From: a bacterium
GTDB taxonomy: Bacteria; Patescibacteriota; Minisyncoccia; UBA6257; MFKM01
Direction of reading: 5' to 3'
Assembly: GCA_030693325.1 (NCBI GenBank)
Contig: JAUYAV010000011.1
Location: 1,368 to 65,367, forward strand
Length of the DNA: 64,000 nucleotides
This document shows positions 57,758-64,000 of this stretch, one piece after another. The position numbers and the translations under genes were made by a program. Each line of letters opens with the position of its first letter. Position 1 is the stretch's first letter. Under the pieces are notes generated by a model. That model searched no databases. It was given only the letters and a program-made list of their open reading frames with translations, and was not told where the DNA came from.

Positions 57758-59144
57758 TAAACTTTTGAATGGCTATTTTTATTCTTTTCAAACTTTCGTC
57801 ACGACCCAAAACTCCCAAAATTTCAAAAGGTCCCGGCGAGGCGGTCTGGCCGGAAAGGGCCACTCTCAAAGGCCAAAAAACCTCGCCCCGGCCCCGACTT
57901 TCGGCCAAAGCCATAATTTTATTATTAGCATTGTCAAAATCTTCCACTAAAGGCAAAATTGATTGAAGATTATCAAGAATCTTTTCCTTTGGCGTTTTAT
58001 CCCAAATCAAAAGATTAGCCGGATAATCGGGCAATTCAAAAAAGAAACCGACCAATTTTACGAAATCAGTCAATTTTTTGACTCTTTCCTTTTCAATCTT
58101 AACAACTTTTATCAAAAATTCCTCGTCCTTCAGCCATTCGTGAGGAATAAAATTTTTCAGACGCTCAATTAACTCTTCCGGTTCCAATTGCATAATATAT
58201 TGGCTATTGAGCCAATCCAATTTTTCCAAATTGAAAACCGCTCCTCCTTTCTGAATGCGTTTTAAGTTGAATTGTTTTATTAATTCTTCCAAAGCGAATA
58301 CTTCCCTGTCGTCTTCCTCCGGGTGCCAACCCAGCAAAGCCAAAAAATTCATCATAGCCTCCGGCAAATAACCTTCATTTCGGTAATCTGCAATTGAGGT
58401 TTCAATATAACGCTTGGAGAGTTTGCTTCGGTCAGCTGACAGAATTAAGGGCAAATGGGCATAAACCGGTTCGTCAAAACCCAGGGCTCCTTGGATCATA
58501 ATTTGTTTCGGTGTATTGGAAATATGATCTTCGCCGCGGATAATATGGCTGATTTTCATTTCAAAATCATCAACCACCACTGCTAGATTATAAAGCGGCG
58601 TCCGCAAATTTTTGGCGATAACAATATCTCCGATAAGCCCGGTGTTAAATTTTACTTTACCTCGGATTAAATCGTTGAAAACCACTTCCGTTTCCGGCAT
58701 TTTAAAACGGATGACCGAGGGTCTTTCAGAATCCGGTTCGCGATTATTCCGGCAACGGCCGCTGTATTTCGGCGCTAAACCCTGGGAAAGCATCGCCTGT
58801 TTATCGGCTTCAATTTCTTCTTTGGTACAAAAACAATAATAAGCCCGGCCTTCTTCAAGAAGTTTTTTGATATATTTTTCATAAATATCCAATCTATCGG
58901 TTTGCCGGAAAGGACCTTCGTCCCAATTCAATCCCAGCCATTGAAGGCTCTCAATAATATCCTTTTCATACTTTTGGTCGGAACGCTCCAAATCCGTGTC
59001 CTCTATCCGTAAAATAAAGCTCCCGCCCTGATTTTTGGCAAAAAGCCAGTTAAACAGAGCGGTCCGGGCCGTGCCCATGTGCAAAAGACCGGTTGGCGAG
59101 GGCGCAATCCGCACCCGAATGTCTTTTTTGGGACTATCAGCCAT
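57750..59144 (-). CDS. gltX: glutamyl-tRNA synthetase
   Basis: HIGH (APSPTGLLHMGTART), KMSKS-like KLSKR; 464 aa. Confidence 0.9.
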   Translation of the reverse strand: MADSPKKDIRVRIAPSPTGLLHMGTARTALFNWLFAKNQGGSFILRIEDTDLERSDQKYEKDIIESLQWLGLNWDEGPFRQTDRLDIYEKYIKKLLEEGRAYYCFCTKEEIEADKQAMLSQGLAPKYSGRCRNNREPDSERPSVIRFKMPETEVVFNDLIRGKVKFNTGLIGDIVIAKNLRTPLYNLAVVVDDFEMKISHIIRGEDHISNTPKQIMIQGALGFDEPVYAHLPLILSADRSKLSKRYIETSIADYRNEGYLPEAMMNFLALLGWHPEEDDREVFALEELIKQFNLKRIQKGGAVFNLEKLDWLNSQYIMQLEPEELIERLKNFIPHEWLKDEEFLIKVVKIEKERVKKLTDFVKLVGFFFELPDYPANLLIWDKTPKEKILDNLQSILPLVEDFDNANNKIMALAESRGRGEVFWPLRVALSGQTASPGPFEILGVLGRDESLKRIKIAIQKFNE

Positions 59145-59190
59145 AATATTTGATTATAAATCAAAATAAGCTTTTTGGCTATCAAGCAAA

Positions 59191-59232
59191 TTTACTATTG
59201 TAATTCCACGATCGTGGAATTACAATAGTAAA
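59191..59232. repeat. 42-bp perfect palindrome tttactattgtaattccacgatcgtggaattacaatagtaaa between murG and gltX
   Basis: second copy at 32573..32614. Confidence 0.85.
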
Positions 59233-59253
59233 TTCAAAATTCAATTTTTCTAA

Positions 59254-60396
59254 TCAAAATGACTTTAAAATTTCTTCCGCGATTTTTTGGGCGGCTTCGG
59301 GTTCGGCGAAATTTTTGGCCGCCTGACTCATTTTATTTTGCGATTCCGGGTCGGTTAAAATCTTTTTTGCCTGGCTTATAAAAATACTAGACTTAAAATT
59401 GGCTTCTTCCATTACTACCGCCGCTCCGGTTTTGGCATATTCATACGCATTTACTTTCTGATGGTCGCTGGCTGATTCTTCCAAGGGAATTAAGATACTC
59501 GGCTTGCCGAAAGCGGCAATTTCAAAAATACTGCCACTACCGGCACGGGAAAGAACCAAATCCGCCGCCGCAAATGCTTCTCTTATGGCTTTGGCGTCTT
59601 GCAAGTAGCCGACTAATTGATAACGATTTTTATAAAAATCTCCCAAGGTCTTAAGCAGAAAATCGGAATCTTTTTTGGTCTCCGAATAATTAATCGGGCC
59701 GGATTGATGAATAACTTGAGCGAAATCAAGAATTTCTCCCAAATTATCCAGAATGAAATTATTGACTGACAAAGCGCCTTGCGAACCGCCGATAACCAAA
59801 ATCACCGGTTCGGCGGAATTGAAGCCCAAAGTTTTTTTCGCCGTTTCCTTGTCGGGAATTTCTCTTATAATCTCCGGCCGGATGGGATTGCCGACCAGAA
59901 TTGTTTTATCAGCGGGAAAATATTGCGCCGCTTTTTCAAAAGATATGAGAATTTTCCCGGCAAAACGGGTAGCCCAAAGATTAGTCAAGCCCGGAATTGT
60001 GTCTGATTCGTGAATGATTATCGGTATCCGGTAAAATCTGGAAGCCAAAATGACGGCCATTGGAACTCCTGTCCCCCCTTTGGAAAAAACCACGTCTGGC
60101 ATAAACCGAAAAATTTTAAAAAGCGCCTGAAAAAAACTGAAAACAAATTTAGGAGCGTCAATGAAATTATTTAAAGAAAAATAACGCCGCAGTTTGCTGG
60201 AGATAATCTTTTCGATTTTTATTCCCCTACCCTCAAATTCGTTGTTCAAAACGCCAGCCGGCCCGAAATATTTTATTTCTATATTGCGATTTTGTTCTGC
60301 GGCTAAGCGATAAATTGCTTCAGCCACCGCGACCAAGGGATAGATATGCCCTCCCGTGCCGCCGGCGGTTAAAAGTATTCTGGTTTTATCTTTCAT
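59254..60396 (-). CDS. murG: UDP-GlcNAc:undecaprenyl-PP-MurNAc-pentapeptide GlcNAc transferase MurG
   Basis: ILLTAGGTGGHIYPLVAV; GT28 C-terminal GGSQGA. Confidence 0.85.
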   Translation of the reverse strand: MKDKTRILLTAGGTGGHIYPLVAVAEAIYRLAAEQNRNIEIKYFGPAGVLNNEFEGRGIKIEKIISSKLRRYFSLNNFIDAPKFVFSFFQALFKIFRFMPDVVFSKGGTGVPMAVILASRFYRIPIIIHESDTIPGLTNLWATRFAGKILISFEKAAQYFPADKTILVGNPIRPEIIREIPDKETAKKTLGFNSAEPVILVIGGSQGALSVNNFILDNLGEILDFAQVIHQSGPINYSETKKDSDFLLKTLGDFYKNRYQLVGYLQDAKAIREAFAAADLVLSRAGSGSIFEIAAFGKPSILIPLEESASDHQKVNAYEYAKTGAAVVMEEANFKSSIFISQAKKILTDPESQNKMSQAAKNFAEPEAAQKIAEEILKSF

Positions 60397-60399
60397 AAT

Positions 60400-61389
60400 C
60401 TATCGTTTTTTTATGACTCTTTTCACCGCTTCTTTAATGGCGTCCACTCCCATTCCGTATTTTTCAAGCAAGTCGTTCATATTGCCGGATTCGCCGAAAG
60501 TGTCCTGCATCCCGATAAATTCCATCGGTGTCGGATAATTTTTGGCTAAAATTTCCGCTACCGCGCCGCCCAAACCGCCTTTAACCTGATGCTCTTCAAC
60601 GGTAACTACTGCCCGGCATTTTTTGGCAACATCTATTATGATTTTCTCGTCCATTGGTTTTAAAGTGTGATTATTGACCACGATGGTATTAATCCCCTCT
60701 TCGGCTAAATCTTTAGCCGCCAATAAAGCGTTATAAACCAACGGCCCACAGCCGATAATGGCGCATTGCGGTTTTGAAGAATCCCAAAAAATTTCCGCTT
60801 TGCCTGGGATAAAGGGCGTTTGGTCGGTGGTGAACACCGGCGTTTTCTCCCGCGTCAAACGAATATAATCCGGCCCCCAAATTTTAGCCGCGGCCACCGT
60901 CGCCTTTTTTGCCTCAAGGGAATCGCAGGGAACAAAAATCCTCATGCCGGGCAAAACTCTCATAATAGCCAAATCTTCGGTTGCTTGGTGAGTGGCGCCG
61001 TCAGGCCCGGTGGAAATTCCGGCGTGAGCTCCGGCGATATTGACATTAGTGTTGCCGTAAGCGATAAAAGACCTGATTTGCTCCCAATTGCGTCCCGGGG
61101 AAAAAGTGGCGTAAGAAGAAATAAAGGGAATTTTCCCGCTTAAAGCCAAGCCCGCGGCCACCACCGCCATATTCTGTTCGGCAATGCCCATTTCAAAAAA
61201 TCTTTCGGGAAATTTATCCCGGAATCCGGAACAACGGGTGGAATCGGTGATGTCGGCGCACAAAACCACGACATTGGGGTCGGCTTCGCCGGCGATAATC
61301 AAACCCTCGCCGAATCCGAAACGGGTCGGCTCCTGTTTGATTTCTTTATTAAAAATTTCTGAAGAAAGTTTTACTTGGGGATTTAACAT
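60400..61389 (-). CDS. transketolase, C-terminal (pyrimidine-binding) subunit
   Basis: split-transketolase architecture; GMAEQNMAVVAAGLA. Confidence 0.85.
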   Translation of the reverse strand: MLNPQVKLSSEIFNKEIKQEPTRFGFGEGLIIAGEADPNVVVLCADITDSTRCSGFRDKFPERFFEMGIAEQNMAVVAAGLALSGKIPFISSYATFSPGRNWEQIRSFIAYGNTNVNIAGAHAGISTGPDGATHQATEDLAIMRVLPGMRIFVPCDSLEAKKATVAAAKIWGPDYIRLTREKTPVFTTDQTPFIPGKAEIFWDSSKPQCAIIGCGPLVYNALLAAKDLAEEGINTIVVNNHTLKPMDEKIIIDVAKKCRAVVTVEEHQVKGGLGGAVAEILAKNYPTPMEFIGMQDTFGESGNMNDLLEKYGMGVDAIKEAVKRVIKKR

Positions 61390-61396
61390 ATATTTA

Positions 61397-62251
61397 TTAT
61401 TCTTCTTTAATTTTTCCGCACAAAGTCCGCAACTCTTTTAAAGCCAAATCGGCTTCGTCTTTTGTCGGTGGCACGCCGTGATATTTAAATTCGCATTCCA
61501 TGAAACCCACTCCCTTGCCGGGGATGGTGTGGGCGATAATTATTGTCGGTTTTTCATAAATCGCTTTGGCTTCGTTGGTGGCGTCAATTATCGCTTCAAT
61601 GTTGTGGCCGTCAACTTCAAGCACGTGCCAATTGAAGGCCTCGTATTTTTCCCGCAACGGTTCCAAGGGCATCACGTTTTCGGTATAGCCGTCAATCTGG
61701 ATATTATTGCGATCTAAAATAGCGGTGACATTACTCAAGCGATTCTTACCCGCAAACAACATCGCCTCCCAGACATTTCCTTCGTTCTGCTCGCCGTCCG
61801 AGGTGACGCAATAAATCCGATGCTTCTTCTTATCCATCCGGGCCGCCAAAGCCATACCGATGGACTGGGAAAGGCCGGCGCCCAAAGGGCCGGAAGTGGC
61901 TTCAATGCCCGGCAGGGCCCCATAATGGGGATGACCCTGAAGACGGGAATTGATTTTTCTCAAGGTTTTCAATTCTTCCAAAGGAAAATAGCCGGCATAG
62001 GCCATCGCCACGTACTGAACCGGGCAATAATGGCCACAGGATAAAATCAGTCGATCCCGTTCCGGCCATTCGGGATTTTTCGGGTCGTGATTAAGGATAT
62101 GGAAATAAAGAGCCGTGAAAATATCGGCGCTGCCCAAAGTGGAAGCAGAATGGCCGGAGCCCGCTTCAAGCAAGGTCTCAATTATTTTCTGGCGAATTTT
62201 ATTCGCCATCTCCTCAAGAAATTTTATTTTTTTGTCGTAGGATTCAGCCAT
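61397..62251 (-). CDS. transketolase, N-terminal (thiamine-diphosphate-binding) subunit
   Basis: GSGHSASTLGSADI; GDGEQNEG. Confidence 0.85.
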   Translation of the reverse strand: MAESYDKKIKFLEEMANKIRQKIIETLLEAGSGHSASTLGSADIFTALYFHILNHDPKNPEWPERDRLILSCGHYCPVQYVAMAYAGYFPLEELKTLRKINSRLQGHPHYGALPGIEATSGPLGAGLSQSIGMALAARMDKKKHRIYCVTSDGEQNEGNVWEAMLFAGKNRLSNVTAILDRNNIQIDGYTENVMPLEPLREKYEAFNWHVLEVDGHNIEAIIDATNEAKAIYEKPTIIIAHTIPGKGVGFMECEFKYHGVPPTKDEADLALKELRTLCGKIKEE

Positions 62252-62258
62252 TTTATTT

Positions 62259-62930
62259 TTAGATGTTTAAAAAATCTTCATACGCTTTTTGCGGATTCGG
62301 ACTACCGAAAATATACGATGCCGAAACAATAATATCCACTCCGGCTTCTTTGGCTAATTTGGCGGTTTCCAAATCAATTCCGCCGTCTGCTTCTATAATA
62401 ACACCCGGATAATAATTCTTCAAAAATTTAATTTTTTCCAAAACATTTTCATTTAATTTTTGCCCCGCCAAACCGGGACTTACCCCCAAAACCAGCACGA
62501 ATTTTATAAGACGCTGATTTACGCCGATTTCGGGCTGATTAATGCTGATAAATGGAATTAGTTTTTCAACTGACGTTTCCGGATTAATCGCCAAACCAAT
62601 TTCACAATTTTTATCAAATAAATTTTGAATTTTAAATTGTAATTTTGATTTTTCCAATGCTTCCAGAGAAATAATTATTCGTTTGGCGCCGGCTGAAACC
62701 CAGTCCTTAATTACGACTTCGGGATTTTCCACCATTAAATGAACTTCAATATCGGCTTTCAGCCCGGAATTTATAGCTTTTAAGTCGCCGGGATTGTTCC
62801 AAGTGGTATTGGCGGCGAATTTGCCGTCAACAACGTCAAGATGAATCCACCGGCTGAATTCGCCGGCGATATTGATTTTTTTTAAAACCTCGCTAAATTC
62901 AATTTCGTTAATGGCCGGGATTACTAACAT
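62259..62930 (-). CDS. rpe: ribulose-phosphate 3-epimerase
   Basis: IHLDVVDGKF; HLMVENP; GVSPGLAGQ. Confidence 0.85.
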   Translation of the reverse strand: MLVIPAINEIEFSEVLKKINIAGEFSRWIHLDVVDGKFAANTTWNNPGDLKAINSGLKADIEVHLMVENPEVVIKDWVSAGAKRIIISLEALEKSKLQFKIQNLFDKNCEIGLAINPETSVEKLIPFISINQPEIGVNQRLIKFVLVLGVSPGLAGQKLNENVLEKIKFLKNYYPGVIIEADGGIDLETAKLAKEAGVDIIVSASYIFGSPNPQKAYEDFLNI

Positions 62931-62955
62931 AAAATTATAATTTACTGACTAGTGG

Positions 62956-63408
62956 CTAATTACTCGCTTCTATTTCGGCAATTTTTTTTAATCGTCTTTT
63001 ATGGCGTTCTTCTTTAGAAAAAGGCGTCTGCAGCCAAACGCTTAAGATTTTTTTAGCTTGTTCTTCGTCCAAAAAATCGGCCGCCAAACATAAAACATTA
63101 GCGTCAACATCATTACGGCTGGAAAAGGCCTGGTCGGGATTATTGGCCAAAGCCGAGCGAATGCGGCTAAATTTATTAGCCGTTACGTCTATGCCCACGC
63201 CTGAACCGCAAATCAAAATCCCCCGCCTGTTGTCCGGGTCCTGGGCCACTTCCTGAGCCACTGCGGCGACAAAATCGGGATAATCATCAACCTCGTCGTA
63301 ATGGTCGTTACCCTTGTCGTCCACGGTGTACCCCCGATTTGAAATAAATTGTTTTAATTTTTCCTTAAGATTGAAACCCCGATGGTCGGCGCCGATAAAA
63401 ATTATCAT
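62956..63408 (-). CDS. rpiB: ribose-5-phosphate isomerase B
   Basis: IFIGADHRGFNLKEKL; ICGSGVGI. Confidence 0.85.
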   Translation of the reverse strand: MIIFIGADHRGFNLKEKLKQFISNRGYTVDDKGNDHYDEVDDYPDFVAAVAQEVAQDPDNRRGILICGSGVGIDVTANKFSRIRSALANNPDQAFSSRNDVDANVLCLAADFLDEEQAKKILSVWLQTPFSKEERHKRRLKKIAEIEASN

Positions 63409-63414
63409 ATGTTT

Positions 63415-64000
63415 TTATAATGCTTCCGCCGCTCTCAAAACGTGTTTTATCAAAATAGAACAATAGCCCCATTCATTTTCGTACCAAACCAGAACCTTTA
63501 CCAAATCTCCGTCAACTACTTTAGTGAAGGACAAATCCACAATCGCGCCGGTTTCTTTTCCGATAATATCCGAAGAAACCAACGGCTCTTCGCTGACTTC
63601 CAGAATTCCTTTCATTTCGGGGTTAGCCGCGGCCTTTTTTAAAATTTCATTAATTTCTTCAACCGAGGTTTTCCGCTTTGCCAAAAAAGTAATATCAGCC
63701 AGAGACCCGCAAACCACCGGCGTCCTTATGGCGATGCCGTCAAACTTGCCGTCCAATTCTTTAATCACCCGGCCAACCGTTAAAGCCGCTCCGGTTGTTG
63801 AAGGAATCAAATTCTGGGCTCCGGCTCGGCCCCGCAAAAAATCTTTGCCTTTAACCGGCCCGTCAACCAAACTCTGGGTAGCGGTGTAGGCGTGAGTGGT
63901 ATTTAAAATTGCTTTGCTGATGCCTGGATTTTTCGCCAAAACCGCCATTACCGGCGCGACAGCATTGGTGGTGCAAGACCCGTTGGAAGTTAAATTAGTA
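63415..64000 (-). CDS. gap: glyceraldehyde-3-phosphate dehydrogenase, C-terminal catalytic-domain part (N-terminus beyond window)
   Basis: TTHAYTATQ; WYENEWGY; ORF runs off the window edge. Confidence 0.8.
   Translation of the reverse strand, partial: TNLTSNGSCTTNAVAPVMAVLAKNPGISKAILNTTHAYTATQSLVDGPVKGKDFLRGRAGAQNLIPSTTGAALTVGRVIKELDGKFDGIAIRTPVVCGSLADITFLAKRKTSVEEINEILKKAAANPEMKGILEVSEEPLVSSDIIGKETGAIVDLSFTKVVDGDLVKVLVWYENEWGYCSILIKHVLRAAEAL

Overview
This is a low-GC, compact bacterial segment whose gene content and style fit a Candidate Phyla Radiation/Patescibacteria-like genome. Genes are short with heavy overlap, Shine-Dalgarno sequences are largely absent, and one ~4.1 kb 23S rRNA gene carries two group I introns followed by a 5S rRNA gene, with no 16S gene immediately upstream.

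The housekeeping content includes: a single fused rpoB-rpoC reading frame; the rpsF-ssb-rpsR, parA-parB, greA, murB, hpf-secA, ftsE-ftsX and prfB genes; two mltG paralogs and a rodA/ftsW-type gene; typA, obg, fmt-def, rplI, rpmA, gltX and murG; a pentose-phosphate cluster (tkt N/C subunits, rpe, rpiB, gap); a glycosylation locus (sugar-phosphate transferase plus two GT4 enzymes); and five tRNAs.

The notable features are as follows.
- An ~880 aa type IV pilin-like protein carries lectin-like domains, with a (CT)27 dinucleotide repeat in its upstream region.
- Both 23S introns have a group I catalytic core, and one of them encodes a LAGLIDADG homing endonuclease gene.
- A second, free-standing LAGLIDADG gene abuts a tRNA-Gln.
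- A family of ~145-bp elements in one orientation has co-varying stems and conserved loops, which points to a structured RNA or a hairpin-dependent mobile element.
- Several smaller palindromic repeat families are also present: tandem GTAATTAC arrays at TAA stop codons and inside an intron, the core GATATACTTAAGTATATC, a 42-bp perfect palindrome, CCTAAGTCCAATCGATTGGACTTAGGG, and CGAGGTTTAACCTCG.
- A probable acquired three-gene module (two small genes with strong SDs and a PD-(D/E)XK nuclease) sits behind a consensus sigma70 promoter and two operator-like palindromes.
- Two unusually large non-coding regions share repeat motifs.

No CRISPR array, transposase or integrase was seen.
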